Shown here: positions 26,385 to 36,700 of the stretch, in pieces
How positions within the stretch are numbered: position 1 is the first letter of the stretch
How the letters are laid out: every line of letters begins with the position of its first letter
Assembly (NCBI GenBank): GCA_013166775.1
Contig: JABLTJ010000028.1
Span: 1 to 46,671, forward strand
Source: Promethearchaeati archaeon
Lineage (GTDB): Archaea; Asgardarchaeota; Heimdallarchaeia; Heimdallarchaeales; Heimdallarchaeaceae
DNA: 46,671 nt
Direction: 5' to 3'
Made by a program: the position numbers and the translations under genes
The notes under the pieces: generated by a model
What the model was told of the DNA's origin: nothing
Seen by the model: the letters and a program-made list of their open reading frames with translations, nothing else
Databases searched by the model: none

Positions 26385-28601
26385 TTATGTTCTCTTGTAA
26401 ATGAAACGTTCCCAGTTTGAAACATTTGGTACTTCTGTTGCTAATTCCTTACGAACTCGAATGCTTTCGATTATTTCTCCTTCAAGGTTTTTTGGTACTC
26501 TCTCAAAACCTTTGAAAACATATCCGAAGAAAGCTCTTCCAGAACTGCTTCCTCTTATTTCATCTGCGAGATCTATAGTTTCTGCAGTTGGAATTTTACC
26601 ACGTATTCGTGTATTTTCTCCTTCCTGAATCATTTCTAGAATTATCCCTCTGTGTTGAGTAATAATCTTGGTCATGTTACCAACATAATCTGAAGGAACT
26701 TTGATGTCTATGATGAGCATAGGTTCTAAGAGGTGAGGTTCGCTTGTTAGGAATGTTGTGTGGAAAGCTGCTAAACTCATCTGCATAATCTCTGTATAAC
26801 CTGTGTGTGCTGGATCTACGTGAACTGTAGCATCTGTGATAACAAATTTTGATGCTATTAACGGTTCTTTTGCTAAGGTTGCACCATCACAGAAATTGTG
26901 GAAGATTTGAATTATATATGCTTTAATATTATCCAATCTTTGCACACCAGTAGTTGCATCAACTAAAATATTTGTATCTTTAATATACCAAATTCTTCTT
27001 GCACGTCTAGCTTCCCAACCAGCTTCTTGTTGAAGTGTCATAGCACGTTCTCTTCGATCTTGGTCATTATGCACTTTACCAGATCTAATCAGATTTACTG
27101 TTTCATCGTTTAAAGGTTCGATATTTATAATTAATCTGTTATGACCATTGGGAGATTTGGTGTGCACACTAAGTCCTGTTTTTGAAGGAAGTTCGCGGTA
27201 AACTATAATTGGATCACTTACTTCTATTTCAACTTGTTCACTAATACGTGTAACTAGGATTTCTATTTGCAGAGGGTCTATTCCAGAAAGAACGTATGTT
27301 TTGGATTCTTCATCGTGTCTAAAAGTTGCAGTTGGATCAGCCATAATCCATTTAGAAACAACTTCACCAAGCTTTGCAATTTCTTGTGGATTTTTTGGCT
27401 TAATTGTTCTGCTGACTACCGGTTCAGCAACATAAGAAATGTCTTCGAAGGGTTTTAGTTTCTCTTCATCACCCGCTCTAACGAAAGTTTCCCCTGCTGG
27501 TGTAATAAACCCATAAATTGCAAATAGGTTTCCTGCTGGTACTTCCTCAACATCAAGTATATCCGTAATTTCCATTACTCCAAGTCTCTTGATTCTACTT
27601 GTGGTTTTCTTTCCGATTAAGTAAAGAGTATCAGAATTCTTTAAAGTACCTGAAAAAACTCGACCAATTAATGTAGGTCTTTTAGATTTTGGTTCAATGA
27701 AAATTTTGGTAATCATACCCATTAATGGACCATCTCTGTCACAATTAACTAGTGCTTGTCCTTCTGGGCTATCTAAATCTCCATCCCAAATAGCTGGAAT
27801 CTTTATTTTTTGTCCATCTTCTGGATTTGGTAAATGTTCGATTACCATTTGTAGAATTGGTTCTTCTAATGGTAAATTCTCTTTTAGCCAATCTTTATCG
27901 TCTTCTTCATATTTTGCAAAGATATCTTGTGGCTTTATCTGCAATTTTTGAAGTGTTGACATATTGAATGCCCAACCATCTTTAGCACTTCCTACTGCAA
28001 CAGATCCATCTTTAAAGGAAACTTGCCATTTCTTTCCTAATCCTTCTGGTGCATTATCTCTAATTAGTTTGTTAACACCTGAAATTATTGTGTCTATTCT
28101 TGAGAATACATCTCCTGATGCTAATCTTAATTCAGATATAAGTCTATCAACTTTATTTATGAATAAAACAGGTTTACACATTTCACCTATACTAAGTCTA
28201 ATGTTTGTTTCTGTTTGAGTCATAACTCCTTCAAGGGCATCGACTAATAATACTACTCCATCGCTTCCTCTTAATGCTCTACTTACTTCACCAGTAAAAG
28301 AGATGTGGCCTGGAGTATCGTTTATTTCACATAAATAAGTTTCATCTTCGTACTCATATGAGAGCATTACTACACTTGTGAAGATAGTGATACCTCTTTC
28401 TTGTTCTTCCTCATCACTATCCATCATTACTTTCTTACCTGCATCTGCATCAGACATAAGACCTGCTTTACGTAGCAAGTAATCTGTTGTGGTTGTTTTA
28501 CCATGATCAATGTGAGCAGCAATAGAGAAAACTCTTCTGTGCTTCATTGGGTGATTTTTAATCATATCACGGATTTCATCAGGATTCTTAACTCGAACCA
28601 T
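26385..28601 (-). CDS. Translation elongation factor 2 family GTPase, probably the divergent archaeal paralog (aEF-2p)
   Basis: G-motifs AHIDHGKTT, RGITI, DTPGH, NKVD; EF-2 domain IV/V motifs KSPNGHNR, LLEP, IRGSSSGRA. The diphthamide loop reads HVDPAHTG. I placed the start at ATG 28601 because the GTG at 28610 is part of the GTGA SD. Confidence 0.9.
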   Translation of the reverse strand: MVRVKNPDEIRDMIKNHPMKHRRVFSIAAHIDHGKTTTTDYLLRKAGLMSDADAGKKVMMDSDEEEQERGITIFTSVVMLSYEYEDETYLCEINDTPGHISFTGEVSRALRGSDGVVLLVDALEGVMTQTETNIRLSIGEMCKPVLFINKVDRLISELRLASGDVFSRIDTIISGVNKLIRDNAPEGLGKKWQVSFKDGSVAVGSAKDGWAFNMSTLQKLQIKPQDIFAKYEEDDKDWLKENLPLEEPILQMVIEHLPNPEDGQKIKIPAIWDGDLDSPEGQALVNCDRDGPLMGMITKIFIEPKSKRPTLIGRVFSGTLKNSDTLYLIGKKTTSRIKRLGVMEITDILDVEEVPAGNLFAIYGFITPAGETFVRAGDEEKLKPFEDISYVAEPVVSRTIKPKNPQEIAKLGEVVSKWIMADPTATFRHDEESKTYVLSGIDPLQIEILVTRISEQVEIEVSDPIIVYRELPSKTGLSVHTKSPNGHNRLIINIEPLNDETVNLIRSGKVHNDQDRRERAMTLQQEAGWEARRARRIWYIKDTNILVDATTGVQRLDNIKAYIIQIFHNFCDGATLAKEPLIASKFVITDATVHVDPAHTGYTEIMQMSLAAFHTTFLTSEPHLLEPMLIIDIKVPSDYVGNMTKIITQHRGIILEMIQEGENTRIRGKIPTAETIDLADEIRGSSSGRAFFGYVFKGFERVPKNLEGEIIESIRVRKELATEVPNVSNWERFIYKRT

Positions 28602-28737
28602 TTTTATCACTTAATTCTGCTTTGACGTATTTCAAATGGTGGAATTATAAATCTAATGTTTTTTGCGTTTGTCACAGAATTTTCCTTCGTTCTCCAAAAA
28701 GTCTTAATACATACAAAGGAACACTCTACAGTGAAAA

Positions 28738-29889
28738 ATGGTTACTGTCCGTGCAAATGCCCTGATTGGTCCTGATTTGCAATTGATGCAGGATATTCTC
28801 ATTAAAATAAACGAGAAAGGAGTAATAATTAATATCTCCAAAGAAAAAGAACCTGCAGAATATACCTTACCCTCTTCCTATCTTCTAATTCCAGGATTTG
28901 TTAATGCTCACATTCATGTGGGTGATGCTTTTCTTAAAGATCAAGCTTACAATCTATCTCTTGAGGATAGTGTGGGTCCTGAGGGAATAAAGCATAAAAA
29001 ATTCGTTACTAGCTCAATAGAAGAGAAGATAGATAGTATAAGAAATACTCTGGAAATGCTAGTACAAAATGGTTATACATCCTTTATTGATTTTCGAGAA
29101 GAAGGACTGTTAGGTATCAATTTACTTCGAGAAGAATTATCTAAATTTCCAATTCGAGGGATAATTCTGGGTCGTCCAGCAGGTAATGATTTTCTAACCG
29201 ATGTTTTTAATGAAGGAGATGGATTGGGTTTTGCCGATGTATTTTCGTTCAATCAAGATAATGTAAACATAATAAAAGTCCTAAAAGAAAAGAATCCTGG
29301 AAAAGTAATTTCAATTCATGTTTCAGAATCAGAAGAAGTTGTTGCACGTTCTCTCTCACTATTCGATAAGAGAGATATTGAACTCTGTTCTGCTTACTCG
29401 ATTTTTGATTATCTAGTTCATGGAACCTATGCAAATGATAAAGATTTAGCGATTCTAAAGGAAAATAATATTGGAATAGTTTGTTGTCCTATATCTAACA
29501 TTCATTTTAAGTTGAGATTTCCTGAAATTGAAACAATATTAAAGAAGGATATTTTACTTGGATTAGGTACAGATAATGTTCTAACTAATAATCCGAACCC
29601 ATTCCGTTTGATGTCTCTTACATTATATGCAGCAAAAATAAATAATCAGACTATCTCACCCGTAGATGTTCTTAAAGCTGTAACTGTTAATGCGGGATTA
29701 TTAGCGAAAAAGAAAATAGGACAGATAGATGAGGGTTATGCTGCAGATCTTGTTGGGATAGATATGAATAGCCCCAATTTAAAATTCTCAGAGGATATTT
29801 ATATAGCGATAACTATGCGTGCAGAACCATCTGATATAGGATTTCAAATGCATAATGGGAAGTTAGTGAAATGGAAGGACCAGAAGTAA
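28738..29889 (+). CDS. Metal-dependent amidohydrolase-superfamily deaminase (ATZ/TRZ/SAH-deaminase-like)
   Basis: PGFVNAHIH, IHVSES, LVHGT, CCPISN, GLGTDN, GQIDEGYAADLV. Confidence 0.88.
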   Translation: MVTVRANALIGPDLQLMQDILIKINEKGVIINISKEKEPAEYTLPSSYLLIPGFVNAHIHVGDAFLKDQAYNLSLEDSVGPEGIKHKKFVTSSIEEKIDSIRNTLEMLVQNGYTSFIDFREEGLLGINLLREELSKFPIRGIILGRPAGNDFLTDVFNEGDGLGFADVFSFNQDNVNIIKVLKEKNPGKVISIHVSESEEVVARSLSLFDKRDIELCSAYSIFDYLVHGTYANDKDLAILKENNIGIVCCPISNIHFKLRFPEIETILKKDILLGLGTDNVLTNNPNPFRLMSLTLYAAKINNQTISPVDVLKAVTVNAGLLAKKKIGQIDEGYAADLVGIDMNSPNLKFSEDIYIAITMRAEPSDIGFQMHNGKLVKWKDQK

Positions 29890-30554
29890 TTATTAATGTA
29901 GCGTGCTCCTTGGATGGAGTAATTGCGTCAAATAAAGGCGCACTAATATTTTCTACAACAGAAGATTGGCTTAGAGTACATAAGCTAAGAAATTCAGTTG
30001 ATGCAATACTTGTTGGTGTTAATACTATTATCAAAGATGACTCATTGCTAACTGTAAGATATGTAAAATCCAGAGATCCTCCTCCAATGAGAGTAGTATT
30101 AGATTCAAAATGTAGAACACCATTATCCGCGCAAGTCTTAGAAAAACAAGAATCAATTAAAACAGTGATTTTTACATCGAACAAGTGTCCGGAAGAGAAA
30201 AAGAAGAAACTCACAGATCTAAAAATAGATGTTATTTCAGTTGATACTAAAGATGAAACAAAATACCTTGATTTAGAGCAAATTTTGCTTATCCTAAGAA
30301 AAGATTTCAATATAAAAAAACTGCTTGTAGAAGGAGGTTCAGCAATTATCACCCAATTTATCAAATTTGAATTGTTTGATAAGATGTATATCTTTTATGC
30401 ACCCGTTTTTGCAGGTACTAAAAATGCTAAACTACTCTATGATGAAATTGTTATTGAGGATATTGATAACACAAATACTTTCAATATCACAAAAATGGAA
30501 AAACTTGACGAAGGATTCTTGCTAACAATAAAACCACAAAAAGATGATAAGTGA
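29871..30554 (+). CDS. arfC: 2,5-diamino-6-(ribosylamino)-4(3H)-pyrimidinone 5'-phosphate reductase (RibD C-terminal / Rib7 / ArfC type)
   Basis: ACSLDGVIA, VHKLRNSVDAILVGVNTIIKDDSLLTVR, RVVLDS, LLVEGGS, YAPVFAG; no fused deaminase domain. Confidence 0.85.
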   Translation: MEGPEVIINVACSLDGVIASNKGALIFSTTEDWLRVHKLRNSVDAILVGVNTIIKDDSLLTVRYVKSRDPPPMRVVLDSKCRTPLSAQVLEKQESIKTVIFTSNKCPEEKKKKLTDLKIDVISVDTKDETKYLDLEQILLILRKDFNIKKLLVEGGSAIITQFIKFELFDKMYIFYAPVFAGTKNAKLLYDEIVIEDIDNTNTFNITKMEKLDEGFLLTIKPQKDDK

Positions 30555-31639
30555 TGGATATAGATTATTTTCTTTCTTTACTCAGAGAAGATAAGGAAGA
30601 ATTAGTCAATCAAGCATATGAAAAGAAAAATAAAATATACAATCAAATCGTAACTTACTCTCGAAATATCTTTGTTCCTGTTACTCACCAGTGCAGAAAT
30701 CGATGTGGTTACTGTGGATTTGTATCCGATGATCCAAATAGTTGGATTACCCCTGAAGGTTTTAGAGAGATTCTAATAAAAGCTAAAAATTCGAAAAGCA
30801 ATGAAATTTTAATTACATTGGGAGAAAAACCTGAAGAAAAATACGAGAGTGCTAAAGCTTTTCTTAATAGTATCAAGTTCTCTTCCACTGTTGAATATGT
30901 GAAATATTTATGTAATCTAACGTTGGAAAAAAAACTTCTCCCCCATTCAAATTTAGGTATTTTATCATATGAGGAACTAAGTATATTAAAAGAATGCAAC
31001 GCGAGCTTAGGATTGATGCTGGAAACTAGTAGTTCAAGGCTTTTAAGTATAGATCACCCTCATTTCTTATCCCCTGGAAAAATTCCTGAAACCCGTCTTG
31101 AAGTTATTAAAAATGCTGGAAAGCTAAAAATCCCTTTTACAACAGGCTTACTGATAGGAATTGGGGAAACATGGGAAGAAAGAATTGATTCCTTGCTAAA
31201 GCTTAGTGAGATTGGTAAGAAATACAAGCATATTCAGGAAGTTATTATACAGAATTTTAATCCCCAACCTGGTACTCCAATGGAGAATCATCCTCCTCCC
31301 TCAGCAGAAGAATTTCTATTATCAATCTCTTTATCAAGATTGATTTTACCTCCAGAAGTAAGTATTCAAATTCCTCCAAATCTAAATCGGGACAGGGTTG
31401 TTACCTCATTAAAGTATGGTGCAAATGATTTAGGTGGTATATCTCCTGTTTCTATTGATTACATAAATCCTAAGATGGAATGGCACAATGAATCACAATT
31501 GAAAACGATGCTCAAAAAAGAGTCATATGTTCTCCAGAAAAGGTTGCCTGTTTATCCTCAATATGAAAAGTATTTAAACAGTAGAATACGCGAGATAATT
31601 GAGGATTTCTATCAAAATGAAGAAACTATCTCCACCTAA
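30551..31639 (+). CDS. cofG: FO synthase subunit 1 (radical SAM)
   Basis: TYSRNIFVPVTHQCRNRCGYCGF, LPHSNLG, ASLGLMLE, SPGK, PFTTGLLIGIGE, HIQEVIIQNF, IQIPPNL, GANDLGGISPV..DYINP. Confidence 0.94.
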   Translation: MMDIDYFLSLLREDKEELVNQAYEKKNKIYNQIVTYSRNIFVPVTHQCRNRCGYCGFVSDDPNSWITPEGFREILIKAKNSKSNEILITLGEKPEEKYESAKAFLNSIKFSSTVEYVKYLCNLTLEKKLLPHSNLGILSYEELSILKECNASLGLMLETSSSRLLSIDHPHFLSPGKIPETRLEVIKNAGKLKIPFTTGLLIGIGETWEERIDSLLKLSEIGKKYKHIQEVIIQNFNPQPGTPMENHPPPSAEEFLLSISLSRLILPPEVSIQIPPNLNRDRVVTSLKYGANDLGGISPVSIDYINPKMEWHNESQLKTMLKKESYVLQKRLPVYPQYEKYLNSRIREIIEDFYQNEETIST

Positions 31640-32744
31640 AATCGATGATATGTTTGATTTACATTCTTTTCGCGGTAAACATTCTGCAGATATAAATGAG
31701 TTAAAGCATATGTTAGGTAAAAGGGGGAAGGAATTGTGGATTCAAACTTCTTTAGCAGACGAATTAAGAGCTCAACAAGTTGGAGATTATGTTTCATTTG
31801 TTATTAATCAAAATATTAACTTTACACAATATTGTATTGGTTCATGTAGATTTTGCACTTTTAGAGCTGATCATGATACTTCAAAAGAAAAATCAAGTAG
31901 AATGTCCTTAGATGATATCGCTATTGACGTAGAGAAAGCAATCGCACGAGGTTGCACGGAAATATGTATTCAAGGAGGTTTAGATTCTGATTTAACATTT
32001 GATTATTATCTGGATATGTTAAAAACGATAAAAGGTAAATCTCAACAATTACATATTCATGGTTTCTCTCCTGCAGAAATTGCTTACATGTCACAAATTT
32101 CCGATGAAACTGTTGAAGATGTCCTGAAGGAACTGATCAATTACGGACTTGGGACATTACCTGGAACAGCTGCTGAAATACTAGTAGATGAGGTGAGAAG
32201 AATAATCTGCCCTGAAAAAATATCTACTAAACAGTGGGTAAATATAATCCTCACAGCTCATCAGCTCGGATTAAAAACATCATCTACAATGATGTACGGT
32301 CATGTGGAATCTCTTGAAGATGAAGCAGAACATCTTGTATTATTAAAACACATTCAAGAGATATCTCAAGGTTTCACAGAATTTGTTCCTTTACCGTTTA
32401 TCCATTCAAATACGGTATTATACAGATTCTTAGGTGCTAGGCCAAGTAGTACTGGAATGCACGATTTAGCTCTTTATAGTACCGCAAGACTATATCTAGG
32501 AGAGATTATACCAAATATACAAACTTCTTGGGTAAAACTAGGACCAAAGTTCGCTCAAGTTACTCTTAATTCTGGAGTGAATGATTTGGGAGGGACACTA
32601 TTTTCAGAACAAATAACAAAAAGTGCTGGGGGACAATATGGAGAAGAGAAAACCGTTGAAGAATTTCTAGATATGATCCGAGATGCAAATAGAATCCCAG
32701 CTCAAAGAGATACTGAATATAATTTGATAAAAACATTCGATTAA
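31617..32744 (+). CDS. cofH: FO synthase subunit 2 (radical SAM)
   Basis: NINFTQYCIGSCRFC, EICIQGG, HIHGFSPAEI, PGTAAEIL, STMMYGHVE, GFTEFVPLPF, NIQTSWVKLG, NDLGGTL. The ATG at 31617 follows a GAGGA SD. Confidence 0.93.
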   Translation: MKKLSPPKIDDMFDLHSFRGKHSADINELKHMLGKRGKELWIQTSLADELRAQQVGDYVSFVINQNINFTQYCIGSCRFCTFRADHDTSKEKSSRMSLDDIAIDVEKAIARGCTEICIQGGLDSDLTFDYYLDMLKTIKGKSQQLHIHGFSPAEIAYMSQISDETVEDVLKELINYGLGTLPGTAAEILVDEVRRIICPEKISTKQWVNIILTAHQLGLKTSSTMMYGHVESLEDEAEHLVLLKHIQEISQGFTEFVPLPFIHSNTVLYRFLGARPSSTGMHDLALYSTARLYLGEIIPNIQTSWVKLGPKFAQVTLNSGVNDLGGTLFSEQITKSAGGQYGEEKTVEEFLDMIRDANRIPAQRDTEYNLIKTFD

Positions 32745-32793
32745 GAATAAGCCAAATTTTAAATTTAATGCTGTCAACCTTTGTTATAGTTAC

Positions 32794-33639
32794 ATGAGCT
32801 CAAAAAAACGAACGACACCTGAATTATGGAAAGCTCTTTCTAATGAAATTAGGAGAGAGCTTTTATCTTACATAGGTGAACGGCGTGTTGTTTCCTTTAC
32901 AGAGATTCAAACCAGATTTCAGATGAAGGTAGGAACTCTCTATCATCATATAGATACTTTAGGAGAGCTCATTACACAAGATCAAAGTAAAAGATATCTT
33001 CTAACTGAAAAAGGCAAAAGAGCATACGCATTAATTGAAGATGAATTAGATATTGCAGCACCTGGTATTCAAGCTTATGGTAAATTCTCTTTCTTTCATG
33101 TTTTCTTCTTAAGACCATTATTCCAATTTATTGAAAGAGACGCGATTAGATCGCTTGGTTTTTCCGTTCTAATCTTTATAGGGTTAACAGTAGCTACTTA
33201 CTTTCTTTCAGTCGCTCCTATTTTCATGTTTCCTTCCTTTATTACTCCTCCTTATTTCGCACCTGTCTTCTTTATCCTATCAACAATTCTGACTTATATT
33301 TTATTCGAAATTTTGACGATTCTATTCTTCAGAAGAAAGAACAATAAACTAGCTTTACTACAAGCAGTTGTAGTAGCACAAATACCTCTACTACTACTAT
33401 CTATTTTAGTTTCGTTTATCTCTGATTTTGAATATACCACATCTATTTTACAGATGGAAATTTGGGTAATTATTTTGTTCTTCTTTGTTCAATTAATATA
33501 TGCAGGCCTTCTTATGGAAGCAGTAATTGTGATAAAAGAATTAAGATTAGAAAAAGCAGGTTCTATCTCATTACTCGCAATTTTAGTACTTAATGGATTG
33601 GCGTTCGTAATTATGAATATGTTGGAAGTGGCTATCTAA
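32794..33639 (+). CDS. ArsR-like winged-HTH protein fused to a C-terminal multi-TM domain (membrane-tethered regulator)
   Basis: WKALSNEIRRELLSYI..SFTEIQ..VGTLYHHIDTL..YLLTEKGK, followed by about 5 TM helices. Confidence 0.8.
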   Translation: MSSKKRTTPELWKALSNEIRRELLSYIGERRVVSFTEIQTRFQMKVGTLYHHIDTLGELITQDQSKRYLLTEKGKRAYALIEDELDIAAPGIQAYGKFSFFHVFFLRPLFQFIERDAIRSLGFSVLIFIGLTVATYFLSVAPIFMFPSFITPPYFAPVFFILSTILTYILFEILTILFFRRKNNKLALLQAVVVAQIPLLLLSILVSFISDFEYTTSILQMEIWVIILFFFVQLIYAGLLMEAVIVIKELRLEKAGSISLLAILVLNGLAFVIMNMLEVAI

Positions 33640-33736
33640 TGACATTCGAGAAAATTAGAACTCAAACCTTTAATGTTTTTAGAAATAAATGCTTATCAAT
33701 ATTTATTGAAATAATAGTATATGAGGGGAACGCCAA

Positions 33737-36700
33737 ATGAGTACCCAAAAACTTCTTCCTTTTAAGAATAGAATAGCCCCACAATATCTTAAAACTATAC
33801 TGGTACTCTGTCTGTTCCTCTCTTCCATAGTTTTATCTCCTTTGGGTATTATTTCATCACCTGAAGATCATGAAAGTGTTCATTCTGAGGCTTTAGAAGC
33901 TATATCTAAAGATCTAATAAAACTACCGCTAATAAAGGAAAAAATGGATGTTTTGGTTGGAAAAGAAGATTCCATTCTGGTGTCCATAGATTTAGAGGGA
34001 GGAAATATAGAGGTTCCTTTTGATCTTTCATCTCTTATTTATTCTTCAATCACACAGATTGATTTTATTGTTGCTGAACAATCATCTTTTGCAGAGGTTT
34101 GGACTAATCCATTGTGGCAATTCCCTGATGGTCTCATAGTCCGAATAACTGCTAGAACAATGAATAGAGATGTACTTTATACACTCTCCGCAGAAGTAAA
34201 TTCTCTGATAGAACAGCTGTTTGGAGTAAGTTTGAATATTTACGATGTTCAAAAGATTTCAAGTACCGAAGTTCTAATCTCCTTGATGGCACCACTTGAA
34301 GATTTTAATATTATATCAATTTTTCAAGAAATTTTTGCTCCGTACAATGATTCCCAGTATGGAAATATGGTCTCTTTAATAGGTAGTCTCCTCTCTCAAT
34401 CCCTTCCAATTTACGCTTTTGGATATTCTCTCAAAAAGGGACCAGAAGGAATAAGCAGAATCACAAGAAGAGCAATTGTTGCAATTCAAGATAGTGTTGT
34501 AAGGAATGGGGAATTAAGAACTTTCGACGTTAGTGAAAGCTTAGGTGCAAACATAGAGCCTAATCCATCAGCTATAATATCTAGATTCACTTTCAATCTT
34601 CCATTTTATGCGAATATTACAAACATCTCATTACAACCAGATAATGTTGCACCTCATCTCACAGGTTCATTTGAATGGGTTCTCAAATTCATGTTAAATG
34701 TGAGATTTCCAGCATTTGACTGTGCTCTGTCTTATTATCCATTTTCAGCTAATGATTTTGAATTTCCTCGAGTTTTTATTTCGAATTCATATTCAGATGC
34801 GTTATTAGAAGAATCGGGAATACTGAAAATGACATACAATGTTCAAAACATGGGAACAGCTCCTGCATATAATACTACTGTTGTTTTTCCAATTCCACCA
34901 GAATTAAAAACACTTCAAGAAGATGGGATTGTTATACCGGTTTTGAACGATGATTGGCAAGTCAATGAATCTTTCACATCCTTTGTTGAACTTAAGGTTC
35001 AATATGCAAGTTGGGATTACACCATTCCTATTTTGGACGTTCAGGGGTGGTATGATAACACAATTTCTCTCTCTCCTGCTAGATGGTTGGATAATGAAAC
35101 AATAGAATTAAATGGATACGCAACGATTTATTGCTCTAATGGAATTTCACTTGACTTATATGAAGCAGTTAGTGCAAGAATCCAACCAATTTTAGATGAA
35201 ATTGATATCATTGAATTAACTACTAATTTTACTTACCGTACTTTAGTATTGAATGAGTTAGCTCTAGCAGTTGATCTAGCCGTTGACGATGCTTACAATA
35301 CAGTTTATGGGTATTTTTATCATGAAAAACCCATGTTTAATTTTAGTTCTAATGATTTTGAATCAATAGATTCTTATGATAGCAGTTATTTGGTAGCAAC
35401 AATTTCAGATTTAGATGTCAATGAAACTTGTGAAATCTTCTGGATGATTGAGGATATTCCTACTTCTAATGACAAATTTGGAGCCTTTTCATTTTCAATA
35501 GAAACATCTGGTTCCTATGATTATGCAGTTTTCAAAACAACAGAGAGCGATTACAAGAATCTAATGATTGCTCTTTTTGCAGTAAAGGATTCTGGAGGTA
35601 GATTTCTAAGCAGCTATGATGCTTCGATAAATGCTTTCATCTCTACTGGAAGTATATTTCAATACTCTGATAGCAAAGGTATTGGATATTATGGACTTAC
35701 AAATGGATTGAATCTGCAACTAGGTGATGATGAAGCAGTTTTGGAAAGTTTACTATACTCTGAAGAATCTATTTACAGGGTTGGTGATCAACTTTCTTTT
35801 ACATTGAATATCAGCAACTTTGGAACTATTCCTGCAACAGATATTCATGTTGATATAGCTAATATCAGATTTAATTATCTCTGGCAACCTACTGATGTAG
35901 TTTTTGTAAAATCATTTGATATAGACCAAATAAATGCAAATGAAAATCTATCAAGAGAATTCTCGATAAGTGCTAATAGTTACATTGGATTGAATACCTA
36001 TGTTGCTATTATTAGTTTTATATCAGACAAAGATCAACCGTCTACTGAAGTTGAGAATCCTTGGACTGATACAATCATACCCTGGATTTATGGTGGAGAA
36101 ACAATAAACGTCATAACATCTACGTTATCCTTTGGTATTTTACTTCCACCAGAATCGTTAGAAAATCAGCCAAGACCAGCGTTTCCGCTTCCAGAAATTA
36201 CTATAAATTACGATTATTCTCTTTCTAGCAATAACGAAACTGCTTACATTGAATATGAAATAATCAATGAAGGAATGTCACCCACTAATGTGTCTGTTAA
36301 CCAACTTTTGGATTTAAACGAATACACTCTCGAAGCTGTTAATTGTACATATGTGCATGAAGGTGTCGAAACGACTTTAGTTCCAATAACTTCACCATCG
36401 ATGACATTAACTCGTGTAAGTTTTGCGAATATTACTCTCTATCCTGGAGACTCTCTTGTGATAGAAGAAATTTTTACAGATCTTCCATCAAATTTCACGA
36501 TTCCTCCTCTAATAATCAAATATAATTCCATTTATGAGATAATCACTACAGACTTTGCATCAATAGAAAATTCAGAAGATTCTTCTACTGATAGTAGTGT
36601 ATTATCATTTCTAAAATTATCTCCAGCAACTGTAACTGAACGAGACCAGAATCTCTTTCCTTGGACTTCTTATTCACCTATAATTTATATTCATTTCCCA

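Noticed and set aside
26401-28218. Plus-strand ORFs inside the EF-2 paralog (26401, 27267, 27697, 27964)
   Set aside because: Antisense shadows of a highly conserved gene.
29813-30364. 183-aa minus-strand ORF
   Set aside because: Antisense to the reductase gene, with the Ser/Phe/Ile-rich composition typical of reverse-frame artefacts.
31617-32744. Menaquinone futalosine-pathway MqnC/MqnE instead of CofH
   Set aside because: It directly follows a clear cofG and has CofH-type motifs (NIQTSWVKLG); cofE is in the same window.
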